This document shows positions 12,286 to 24,124 of a DNA stretch of 64,000 nt, in pieces. The stretch lies in assembly GCF_009914755.1 (NCBI RefSeq), contig NC_060926.1; one strand, given 5' to 3'. A program made the translations under genes and the position numbers. The notes under the pieces are model-generated. The model did not search any database. It was not told the DNA's origin and saw only the letters and a program-made list of their open reading frames with translations. The stretch is from the human T2T-CHM13v2.0 reference genome, Homo sapiens. The number at the start of each line of letters is the position of its first letter. The stretch's first letter is position 1.

Positions 12286-15184
12286 AAAGCTATAATAATT
12301 AAAATAGTATGCTACCAGCAAAAAATAGGAACATTGACCAATGAAACAGAATAGAGAGCCCAAAAATGAACCCATGCATGTAGAGTCAATTGATTTTCAA
12401 TAAAGTTGCCAAGAACATGCAATGGAAAAAGGACAGTTCCTTCAATAAATGGAGTTGGAAAACTGGACATCTATATATAAAAGAACAGAACTGAGCCCTT
12501 ATCTCACAGCATATACAAAAAGCTCGAAGACAAAGTCTTCAAATTAACACAATTCAACAAAGACAAAAAAGAATAAGAAAACATAAACAAAGTCTTCAAA
12601 CAGACTGGAATTATGTTCCATGACCAAACCTAAGAATAATTGGTGTTCCTAAGGAAGTAGAGAAATCTAAAAGTTTGGAAAACATATTCTGGGGAGTAAC
12701 TGAGGAAAACTTCCCTGGCCTGGCTAGAAACCTAGACATCCAACTACAAGAAGCACAGAAAACACCTGAGAAATTCATGGCAAAAAATCGTCACCTAGGC
12801 ACATTTCATCGGGTTAAACTAAATTTAAGATGAAGGAAAACATTTTAAGAGGTGTGAGACAAAACCACCAGGTAACCTATAAAAAAAAAAACAAAAAACC
12901 TATAAGATTAACAGCAGATTTCTCAGCAGAAAACCTACAAGCTAGAAGGGTCTGGGGCCCTATCTTCAGCTGCCACAAACAAAACAATTATCAGCCAAGA
13001 ATTTTGTATCCAGCAAAACTAAGCTTCATATATGAAAGAAAGATACAGTATTTTTCAGAAAAACAAATGCTGAAACAATTCACACTATCAAGCCACCACT
13101 ACAAGAATTGCTAAAAGGAGTTCTAAATCTTGAAAAAAATCCTGGAAACACATCAAAACAGATCCTCTTTAAGCATAAATCTTACAGGACCTATAAAACA
13201 AAAATACAATTACAAAACAAAAAATCAAGGTATACAGCCAACAAATAGCATGATGAATGAAATGGTACGTCACATCTCAATACCAGTGTTGAATGTAAAT
13301 GGTATAAATGCTCCACTTAAAAGACACAGAATTGTAGAATGGATAAGAATTCGCCAAACAACTATCTGCTGCCTTCAAGAGATTCACCTAACACATAAGG
13401 ACTCACACAAACTTAAGGTAAAGGGGTAGAAAGAGACATTTCATGCAAATGGACACCAAAACCAAGTAGGAGTAGCTATCCTTATATCAGACAAAACAAC
13501 CTTTAAAGCAAAAACAGTTAAAAATACAAAAAGGAAAATTATATGATGATAAAAGGTATTATCCAACAGGAAAATATCACAATCCTAAACATATATGCAC
13601 CTATAACGCTGGGGCTCACAAATTTATAAAACAATTACTATTAGATCTAAGAAATGAAAGAGACAGCAACACAATAATAGTGGGGGACTTCAGTACTACA
13701 CTAAGAGCACAAGACAGGTCATCAAGACAGAAAGTCAACAAAGAAACAATGAATTTAAACTATAGCCTGAAACAAATGGACTTAATGTATATGCAAAGAA
13801 CATTCCATCCAACAACCACAGAATATACATGCTATTCAACAGCACATGAAACTTTCTCCAAGCTAGACCATATGATAAACCACAAAAGAAGCCACAGTAA
13901 AATTAAGAAAATTGAAATTATATCAAGCACTCTCTCAGACCACAGTGGAATAAAACTGCAAATCAACTCTAAAAGGAACCCTCAAAATCATGCAAATACA
14001 GGATAAATAACCTGCTCCTGAATGATCACTAGGTCAAAAATGAAATCAAAATGGAAATTAAAAAATTATTCAAACTACACGACAATAGTGACAAAAAACA
14101 TATCAAAACCTTTGGCATACAGCAAAGACAGTGCTAAGAGGAAAGTTTGTAGCCCTAAATGCCTACATCAAAAAGTCTGAAAGAGCACAAACAGACAATC
14201 TAAGGTCATACCTCAAGGAACCAGAGAAACAATAAAAAACCAAACCCAAACCCAGCAGAAGAAAGAAAATACCAAGATCAGAGCAGAATTAATGACACTG
14301 AAACAAAATAAACAATATAAAAGATAAATAAAACAAAAAGCTGGTTCTTTGAAAAGAAAAGAAAATTGATAGACCATTAGCAACATTAACCAGCAAAAGA
14401 AGAAAGACAATACAAATAAGCTCAGTAAGAAACAAAATGGGAGATATTACAACTGACACCATAGAAATACAAAAGATCATTCAAGGGTACTATAACACCT
14501 TTATGTGCATAAACTAGAAAACCTAGAAGAGATGGATAAATTCCTGGAAAGATACAACCCTCTGAGCTTAAATCAGGAAGAATTAGATACCCTGAAAAGG
14601 CCAATAACAAGCCACGAGATTGAAATGGTAATTAAAAAATTACCAACAACAAAAAAGCCTAGGACCAGATGTATTCACAGCAGAATTCTACCAGACATTC
14701 AAAAAAGAATTGGTACCAATCCTATTGACACTATTACACAAGACAGAGGAAGAGGGAACCCTCCCTAAATCATTCTAAGAAGCCAGTAACACCCAAATAC
14801 CGAATCCAGGAAAAGACATAACGAAAAAAGAAAACTACAGACCAATATCCCTGATGAACACAGATGAAAAATCCTTAGCAAAATACTAGCTAACCGAATC
14901 CAACAACATATCAAAAAGATAATCCACCATGATCAAGTGAGTTCCATACCAAGGATGCAGGGATGGTTTAACATATGCAAGTCAACAAATGTGATACACC
15001 AAATAAACAGAATTAAAAATAAAAATCACATAATTATCCCAAATGAAGAAAAAGCATTTGACAAAATCCAGCCTCCCTTTATAATTAAAACTCTCGGCAA
15101 TATCAGTATAGAGGGATATACCTCAATATCATAAGAGCCATCTATGACAAACCCACAGCCAACATAATACTGAATGGGGGAAAG

Positions 15185-15547
15185 TTGAAAGCATTCCCTC
15201 TGAGAACTGGAACAAGACAAGGATTTCCATTCTCACCACTCCTCTTCAACATAGTACTGGAAGTTCTAGCCAGAGCAATCATACAAGAGAAAGAAATAAA
15301 GGGCATCCATATAGGTAAAGGGGAAGTCAAACTGTTGCTCTTTGGTGATGATATGATTGTTTACCTAGAAAACCCTAAAGACTCCTCCAGAAAGCTCCTA
15401 GAACTGATAAAAGAATTCAGCAAATTTTCTGGATACAAAATTAATGTACACAAATCAGTAGCTCTTCTATACGCCAACAGCAACCAAGCTGAGAATCGCA
15501 TAAAAAACTCAACCTTTTTTCCAATAACTGCAAAAAGAAATAAATAA
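15185..15547 (+). pseudogene. L1 ORF2 reverse-transcriptase core fragment (dead; FGDD instead of FADD)
   Basis: ORF track: [23 protein letters not shown]...[15 protein letters not shown]...[10 protein letters not shown]. Flanked by stops and frameshifts. Confidence 0.9.
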
Positions 15548-16874
15548 ATAAGCACTTTGGAATCCACCTAACCAAGAAGGTTAAAGACCTCTACAAGAAA
15601 AACTGTAAAACACTGCGGAAAGATATCATAGACAACACAAACAAGTGGAAACAAATCCCATGCTCATGGAAGGGTAGGATCAATGTTGTGAAAATGACCA
15701 TACTGCCAAAAGCCACCTACCAAATCAATGCAATTCCCATTGAAATATCACCATCATTCTTCACAGAAATAAAAAAATTTCTAAAGTTCATATGAAACCA
15801 AAAAAGAGCCTGCATAGCCAAAGCAAAAATAAGCAAGGAGAACAAATCTGGAGGTATCACATTACCTGATATCAAACTATAAGGCTATAGTCACCAAAAC
15901 AGCATGATACTGGTATAAAAATAGACACATAGACCAATGGAACAGAATAGAGAACCCAGAAATAAACCCAAATGCCTACAGCAAACTGATCATTGACCAG
16001 GCAAACAAAAACCTAAAGTGCTAGGAAAATTGGCTAGCCACATGTAGGAGAATAAAACTGGATCCTCATGTATGACATTATACAAAAATCAACTCGAGTT
16101 GGATTAAGGACTTAAATCTAAGACCTGAAACTACAAAAATTCTGAAAGATAACATTGAAAGAAACCCTTGTAGACATTGGCTTAGGCAAGGATTTCATGA
16201 TGAATAACCAAAGAAAATGCAATAAAAACAAAGATAAATTACCGGGACTTATTCAAACTAAAGAGCTTCTGCACGGCAAAAGGAACAGTCAGCAGAGTAA
16301 ACAGAGAACCCACAGAGTGGGACAAAATCTTCACTATCTATACATCTGACAAATGACTAAAATCCAGAATCTACAATGAACTCAAACAAATCAACAAGAA
16401 AACAACAAACCGATCAAAAATTGGGCTAGGAAAATAAATAGACAATTCTCAAAAGAAGATATACAAATGGCCAACAAACATGAAAAAAATGCTAAATATC
16501 ACTAATGTTCAGGGATATGGGAATCAAAACCACAATGCAATACCACCTTACTCCTGCAAAAATGGCCATAATCAAAAAATAGTCGATGTTGGTGTGGATG
16601 TGGTGAACAGTGAACACTTCCACACTGCTGGTGGGAATGCAAACTAGTATAACCACTATGGAAAAAAGTGTGGAGGTTCCTTAATGAACTAAAAGTAGAA
16701 CTACCATTTGATCCAGCAGTCCCACTACTGGGTATCTACACAGAGGAAAGTAAATCATTATACAAAGGATACTTGCACATACATATTTATAACAGCACAA
16801 TTCACAATTGCAAAAATGTGGAACCAACCCAAATGCCCATCCATCAATGAGTGTATAAAGCAACTGATTATTTT

Positions 16875-16876
16875 AT

Positions 16877-16928
<52 letters not shown>
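16875..16928. repeat. (TA)n microsatellite in the L1PB 3' region
   Basis: TATATACATACATACATATATATA..., with about 20 pure TA units. Confidence 0.95.
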
Positions 16929-16930
<2 letters not shown>

Positions 16931-17320
16931 ACACGATGGAATAGTACTCAGCCATAAAAAATAATTAATTTATGGCATTTGCAGTGACCTGGATAAGATT
17001 GGAGACTATTATTCCAAGTGAAGTAACTCAGGAATGGAAAAATAAACATCTCATGTTGTCACTCATAAGTGGGAGCTAAGCTGTGAGGATGCAAAGGCAT
17101 AAGAATGACACAGTGAACTTTGGGGACTCAGGGGAAAAGGGTAGAAAGGGGTTGAGGGATAAAAGACTACAAGTAGGGTGCAGTATATACTGCTTGGATG
17201 ATGGGTGCACCAAAATCTTACAAATTGCTGCTAAAGAACTTACTCATGTAACAAAACACCATCTGTTCCCCAAAAACTTATGGTAATAAAAATACTAAAA
17301 AAATTAAAAATAAATTTAAA

Positions 17321-17671
17321 AAATCAACTCAAAATGAATTAAACACTTAAATGTAAAACCAGAAACTGCAAAACTAGTAGCAGAAAACACAGGAGAAAAA
17401 CTACATGACATTTGTCTGGGAATTGATTGCTTTTACCCCAAAAGTGCAAGCAGCAAAAGCAAAAATAGACAAATGGGATGTCTTCTGCACAGCAAAGGAA
17501 ACCATGAAAACGATACAGAAACCACTGTCAGATTGGAAGAAAACATCTGCAAATCATACACATTTGATAAGAGATAAATATCTAAAATATATAAGAAGCT
17601 CAAACAGCTCACTAGCAAGAAAAGAAACAAAAGATTTTAAAAATGGACAAGGGATCTGAATAGACATTAAA

Positions 17672-17711
<40 letters not shown>

Positions 17712-18097
17712 TCAATGTTGCTAATCATTAGAGAAATGTAAATGAAAACCGCAATGAAATATCATCTCACACCTTCAGAATGGCTATTATCAAAAGACAA
17801 AAGATAATTATTGGCAAAAATGTACAAAAAAAAAGGGAACACTCGTATACTGCTAGTATCAATGTAAATTAGTAGAGCCATTATGGAAAACTCTATGGAA
17901 GTTCTTCAAAAAACTAAAAATTGTACCATCACATGATCCAGTAAAACAACTTCTGGATATCTACCCAACATATTTGAAATCAGTTTGTCAGAGATGGCTG
18001 CACCCCCATGTTGCAGCACTATGCAAAATAGCCAAGGCATGGAATCAACATAAATGTTTATTAACAGATGATTGGATAAAGAAAATGTTATACATAT
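17321..18097 (+). mobile_element. L1MA host element, part 2 (ORF2 C-terminal region), 3'-truncated
   Basis: AATCAACTCAAAATGAATTAAACACTTAAATGT...TTTGAAATCAGTTTGTCAGAGA...GGATAAAGAAAATGT. Contains a (TA)n at ~17672-17709. Confidence 0.85.
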
Positions 18098-21000
18098 AGT
18101 TCATATATATGGTATTTGTAAAAAAGTTCATATATATACTGTTTCATTTCATTCTTATGCCTTTGCATCCTCATAGCTTAGCTCCCACTTATGAGTGACA
18201 ACATACGATGTTTGGTTTTCCATTCCTGAGCTACTTCACTTAGAATAATAGTGATTATGATTCCAGTCTCATCCAAGTTGCTGCAAAGGCCATTAATTCA
18301 TTCATTTTTATGGCTGACTAGTATTTCATCATATACACATACCATAGTTTCTTTATCCACTCGTTGATTGATGGGCATTTGGGTTGGTTCCACATCTTTA
18401 CTATTGCTAATTGTGCTGCTATAAATATGTATGTGCAAGTATCATTTTGTATAACAACTTATTTTCCTCTGGGTAGATACCCAATAGTGGGATAGCTGGA
18501 TCAAATGGTAGTTCTACTTTCAGGTCATTAAGGAATCACCACACTTTTTTCCATAGTAGTTTACATTCCCACCAACAGTGTGGAAGTGTTCCCTGTCACC
18601 GCATCCATGCCAACTCCTCTTACTATTTTTTTTTATAATGTCCATTCTTGAAGGAGCAAGGTGGTATTTCACTGTGGTTTTTATTTGGATTCCGCTGATC
18701 ATTTGTGATGTTGAGCATTTTTTCATATGTTTGTTGGCCATTTTGTGTATTTTCTTTTGAGAACTGAGAATTCATTTCCTTAGCCCACTTTTTGGTAAGA
18801 TTGTTTGTTTTCTTCTTGATAAGTTGTTTGAGTGTGTTGTAGATTCTGGATACTAAACTTTAGTCAGCTGTATAGATCGTGAAGATTTTGTCCCACTCTG
18901 TGGGTTCCCTGTTTACTCTGCTGACTGCTCCTTTTGCCGTGCAAAAAATCTTTAGTTTAAATAAGTCCCAGCAATTTGCCTTTGTTTTTATTGCATTTGC
19001 CTTTGAGTTTGTTGTCATGAAATCCTTGCCTAAGCCAATGTCTGGAAGGGCTTTTCCAATGTTATCTTCTGGAATTTTATAGTTTCAGGTCTTAGATTTA
19101 AGTCCTTAATCCATCTTGAGTTGATTTTTGTATAATGTCAGACATAAGGATACAGTTTCATTCTCCTACATGTGGCTAGCCAGTTATCCTAGCACCATTT
19201 GTTGAATAGGGTGTCCTTTCCCCACTTTAGGTTTTTGTTTGTCATGTCAAATATCAGTTTGCTGGAAGTATTTGGGTCTATTTCTGGGTTCCCTATTCTG
19301 TTCCATTGGTCTATGTGCCTATTTTTATACCAGTATCATGCTGTTTTGGTGACTATAGCCTTATAGTATAGTTTGAAATCAGGTAATATGATGCCTCCAG
19401 ATTTGTTCTTCTTGCTTAGTCTTGCTTTGGCTATGCAGGCTCTTTTTTTGTTTCATATGAATTTCAGATTTTTATTTCTGTGAAGAATGATGGTGATATT
19501 TCAATGGGAATTGCATTGATTTGGTAGGTGGCTTTTGGCAGTATGGTCATTTTCACAATATTGATTCTACCCTTCCATGAGCATGGGATTTGTTTCCATT
19601 TGTTTGTGTTGTCTACGATTTCTTTCTGTAGTATTTTGCAGTTTTTCTTCTGGATGTATTTCACTTCCTTGGTTAGGTATATTCTGAAGTATTTTATTTT
19701 TTTACAGCTATTGGAAAAAAGGTTGAGTTTTTTATGTGATTCTTAGCTTGGTTGCCATTGGTGTATAGAAGAGCTACTGATTTGTGTACATTAATTTTGT
19801 ATCCAGAAAATTTGCTGAATTCTTTTATCAGTTCTAGGAGCTTTCTGGAGGAGTCTTTAGGGTTTTCTAGGTAAACAATCATATCATCACCAAAGAGCAA
19901 CAGTTTGACTTCCCCTTTACCTATATGGATGCCCTTTATTTCTTTCTCTTGTATGCTTGCACTGGCTAGAACTTCCAGTATTATGTTGAAGAGGAGTGGT
20001 GAGAGTGGGTATCGTTGTCTTGTTCCAGTTCTCAGAGGGAATGCTTTCAACTTTTCCTCATTCAGTATTATGTTGGCCGTGGGTTTGTCATAGATGGCTT
20101 TTATTACATTGAGGTGTGTCCCTTGTATGCCAATATTGCTGAGTTTTAGTCATAAAGCAATGCTGGATTTTGTGAAATGCTTTTTCTCCATCTATTGAGA
20201 TGATCACGTAATTTTTGTTTTTAATTCTGTTTATGTGGTGTATCATATTTATTGACTTGCATATGTTAAAACATTCCTGCCTCCTTGGTATGAAACCCAC
20301 CTGATCATGGTGGATTATCTTTTCGATATTGTTGGATTTGGTTAGCTAGTGTTTTATTAATGATTTGTGCATCTATGTTCATTAGGGATATTGGTTTGTA
20401 GTTTTCTTTTTTTAGTTATGTCTTTTCCTGGTTTTGGTATTAGGTTGATACTGGCCTCATAGAATGAAACTATTCTCTTTTTTTCTCTATCTTGTGGAAT
20501 AGTGTCAATAGGATTGGTACCAATTCTTTTTTGAATGTCTGGTAGAGTTCTGCTGTGAATCTGTCAGGTCCTGCACTTTTGTTGTTTGTTTGTTAATTTT
20601 TTAATTACCATTTAAATCTTGTTGCTTCTTATTGGTCTGTTCAATGTATCTAACTCTTCCTGGTTTAAGCTTGGAGGGTTGAATCTTTCTGGGAATTTAT
20701 CCATCTCTTCTAGATTTTCTAGTTTACAGGCATACAGGTGTTCATAGTAGCCTTGAATGATCTTTTGTATTTCTATGGTGTCAGTTGTAATATCTCCCAT
20801 ATTGTTTCTTACTGAGCTTATTTGTATTGTCTCTCTTCTTTTGCTGGTTAATGTTGCTAATGGTCTATCAATTTTATTTATCTTTTCAAAGAACCAGCTT
20901 TTTGTTTTGTTTATCTTTTGATTGTTTATTTTGTTTCAGTTGCATTAATTCTGCTCTAATCTTGGTAATTTTCTTTCTTCTGCTGGTTTTGGGTTTGGTT

Positions 21001-21340
21001 TGTTCTTGTTTCTCTAGTTCCTTGGGGTGTGACCTTAGATTGTCTGTTTATGCTCTTTCAGACTTTTTGATGTGGGCATTTAGGGCTATGAACTTTCCTC
21101 TTAGCACCACCATTGCCGTATCCCACAGGTTTTTTGTTTGTTTGTTTTGTTCATTTGTTTCTCAATATTGTCATTCAGTTCGAATAATTTTTTAATTTCC
21201 ATTTTGATTTCGTTTTTGACCCAATAATCATTCAGGAGCAGGTTCTTTATTTTTCCTGTATTTGCATAATTTTGAGGGTTCCTTTTGGTACTGATTTCCA
21301 GTTTTATTCCACTGTGGTCTGAGAGAGTGCTTAATATTAT

Positions 21341-22003
21341 TTAAATTTTCTTAAGTTTATTGAGGCTTGTTTTGTGGTCTATCATATGGTCTAGCTTGTA
21401 GAAAGTTCCATGTGCTGTTGAATAAAAGGTATATTCTGTAGTTGTTGGGTAGAATGTTCTGTAAATGTCTGTTAAGTTCATTTGTTCCAGCATATAACAT
21501 ACATTTATTGTTTCTTTGTTGACTTTCTGTGTTGATGACCTGTCTAGTACCGCTAGTGAAGTATTGAAGTTCCCCACTATTATTATGTTGCTCTCTATCT
21601 CATTTCTTAGATCTATTAGTAATTGTTTTATAAATTTGGGAGCTCCAGTGTTAGGTGCATATATGTTTAGGATTGTGGTATTTTCCTGTTGGACAAGGTC
21701 TTTTATCATTATATAACTTTCCTCTTTGTATTTTTTAACTGCTGTTGCTTTAAAGTTTGTTTTGTCTAATATAAGAATAGCTACCTCTACTTGGTTTTGG
21801 TGTCCATTTGCATGAAATGTCTTTTTCCACCCATTTACCTTAAATTTGTGTGAGTCCTTATGTGTTTGGTGAGTCTCTTGAAGGCAGCAGATAGTTGGTT
21901 GGTGAATTCTTATCCATTCTGCAATTCTGTATCTTTTAAGTGGAGCATTTATGCCATTTATATTCAACAATAGTACTGAGATGTGAGGTACCATTCCATT
22001 CAT
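21341..22003 (-). pseudogene. L1 ORF2 APE-type endonuclease domain fragment (220 aa open stretch)
   Basis: MNGMVPHISVLLLNINGINAPLKR...CCLQETH...LNIYAPNTGAPKFIKQ...IVGNFNT...YKLDHMI. GDFN appears as GNFN, and the frame ends in a stop. Confidence 0.9.
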
Positions 22004-22375
22004 TGTGCTGTTTGTTGCCTGTATACCTTGGTTTTTTGTTTTCTGATTTTTTTAAATTGTATTTTTGTTTTATAGTTCCTGTGAGATTCATGATTTAAAA
22101 AGGTTCTGTTTTGATGTATTTCCAGGACTTCTTTTAAGATTTAGGGCTCCTTTTAACAGTCCTTTGAGCAGTTCTTGTAGTTTGGGGGTGATGAATTCTC
22201 TCAACATTTGTTTTTCTGAAAAAGACTGTCTCTTTCCTTCATTTATGAAGCTTAGTTTTGCTGGTTACAAAATTGTGGTTGATAATTGTTTTTGTTTAAT
22301 GAGGCTGAAGATAGAGCCCAGACCCTCCTAGCTTGTAGGGTTTCTGCTGAGAAATCTGCTGTTATCTAATAGGTT

Positions 22376-22442
22376 TTAGATATAGACATAGATATAGATA
22401 TAGATATAGATATATAGATATAGATAATGATATACATATAGA
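22376..22442. repeat. (TAGATA)n simple repeat in L1PB ORF1
   Basis: TAGATATAGACATAGATATAGATATAGATATAGATA... Confidence 0.9.
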
Positions 22443-24124
22443 TTACCTGGTGCTTTTGCCTCACAGCGCTTAAAATTCTTCCCTTAATCTTAACTTTAGC
22501 TAACTTGATAACAATGTGACTAGGTGATGATCTTTTTGTGATAAATTTCCCAGGTGTTCTTTGAGCTTCTTGTATTTTGATGTCTAGGTCTCTAGAAAGG
22601 CTGGGGAACTTTTCCTCAATTATCCCCCAAATATGTTTTTCAAACTTTTAGATTTCTCCTCTTCCTCAGCAATGCCAATTTTTCTTAGGTTTGGTCATTT
22701 AACAAAGCCCAGACATCTTGGAGGCTTTGTTTGTATTTTCTTATTCTTTTTTCTTTGTCTTTGTTGAATTGGGTTAATTCTAAAACCTTATCTTCAAGCT
22801 CTGATGTTCTTTCTTTTGGCTGTTCAATTCTATTGCTGAGACTTTCCAGAGCATTTTGCATTTATATAAGTGCATCCATTGTTTCCTGAAGTTTTCATTG
22901 TCTTTATTTATGCTCTCATTGAAAAGTTTTTGCTTCACTTTTTGTGTCATTTTTTTTTATTTCCTTAATTTGGGCTTTACCTCTCTCTTGTGCCTCCCTG
23001 GTTAGCTTAATAACTAACCTTCTGAATTATTTTTCAGGTAAATCAGGGATTTTTTTCTTGGTTTGAATCCATTGCAGGTGAGCTAGTGTGATTTTCTGAG
23101 TGTGTTAAAGAACCTCGTTTTGTCATATTACCAGAGTTTGTTTTCTGGTTCTCTCTCATTTGGGTAGTAGAGCTCAAGGCTGTTGTTCTGATTCTTTCGT
23201 TCCACAGCATGCTCCCTTGATGTAGTATTCTCTCCCTTTTCCTACGTATGTGGCTTCCTGAGAGCCAAGCTGTAGTGGTTGTTATCTCTCTTCTGGATCT
23301 AGCCACCCAGCAAATTTACCAGGCTCCAGGCTGGTACTGGGGGTTGTCTGCACAGAGTCCTGTGGTGCGAACCATCTGCAGGTCTCTCAGCTGTGGATAG
23401 CAGCACCTGCTCCAGTGGAGGTGGCAGGGGGATGTTGGTTGTTTCATGCACTATTTTTGTGCTAGTAGGCTTCCTGCCAGGAGGTGATACTTTCCAGAGA
23501 GCATCAGTTGTGGTCGTATGGGAAGGAATAGGCGGTGGGCGGGGCCCTAGAATCCCAAGAGTATATGCCCTTTGTCTTCGTTTACAGGGTGGGTAGAGAA
23601 GGACCATTAGGTAGGGGCAGGGCTGGGCCTGCCTGAGCTCAGACTCTCGGTGGGTAGGTCTTGTTGCAGCTGCTATGTGGGGGATGGGAGTGAGGTTCCC
23701 AGGTCAACAAAATTATGTTCCTATGAGGATTGTGGCTGCATCTTGTGTCATGCAGGTTGTCAGGGAAGTGAAGCAAAGTCGGCAGTCACAGGCCTCACCC
23801 AGCTCCCATGCAACCCAAAGGGCCGTTTCACTTCCACCATGCCCCCGCAACAGCACTGAGTCTGTTTCCAGGCAGCGGGTGAGCAGGGCTGAAAACTTGC
23901 CACAGGCTACCCACCCCCAGCTGCAAAAGTAAGCAGGGCTTTCACTCTTCCCCCAACCTGTGGAGTCTGCACATTGGATTTATGCCCTCCCCTGAGTTCT
24001 GGCCAGGAGACTTCTTGATAGATTCAAATTGTTATAAAGCTCAGCTGGAGGTTTCCTTCTCCCTGTGGCCTCTTCCCAGTGCCTCTGGCCACACTCCCCA
24101 AGGACTCTTGTGAGGCAAAGGAAT

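Larger units (their letters stand above)
12521..17320 (+). mobile_element. L1PB (L1PB1-like), 5'-truncated in ORF1, with 3' end and A-rich tail; nested in the L1MA
   Basis: ORF1 fragment (KPIRLTADFSAENLQARRVWGPIF...YPAKLSF), EN and RT fragments, and 3'UTR ending CCCCAAAAACTTATGGTAATAAAA. The host reads CATATACAAAA|AATCAACTCAAAATG across the insertion. Confidence 0.93.
18139..24120 (-). mobile_element. Near-full-length L1PB (L1PB1/L1PBa 5'UTR), missing both termini
   Basis: Minus-strand 3'UTR, ORF2 (ORFs 19694-20050 and 21341-22003), ORF1 and GC-richer 5'UTR (23200-24120). No poly(A) tail and no TSD seen. Confidence 0.93.

Noticed and set aside
15185-20050. The two L1PB arms as one twin-primed insertion or a recent segmental duplication
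   Set aside because: Both arms cover the same ~4.6 kb of L1, are separated by host sequence, and include ~79%-identity stretches. Twin priming gives non-overlapping segments, and a recent duplication would give uniform identity.
21341-22003. 220-aa endonuclease ORF as a domesticated gene
   Set aside because: It is an L1 EN fragment with a catalytic-motif change (GNFN) and a premature stop. Its length is unremarkable for a decayed L1PB.
23200-24120. GC-richer region as a CpG-island gene promoter
   Set aside because: It is the CpG-depleted L1PB 5'UTR, truncated at its 5' end.
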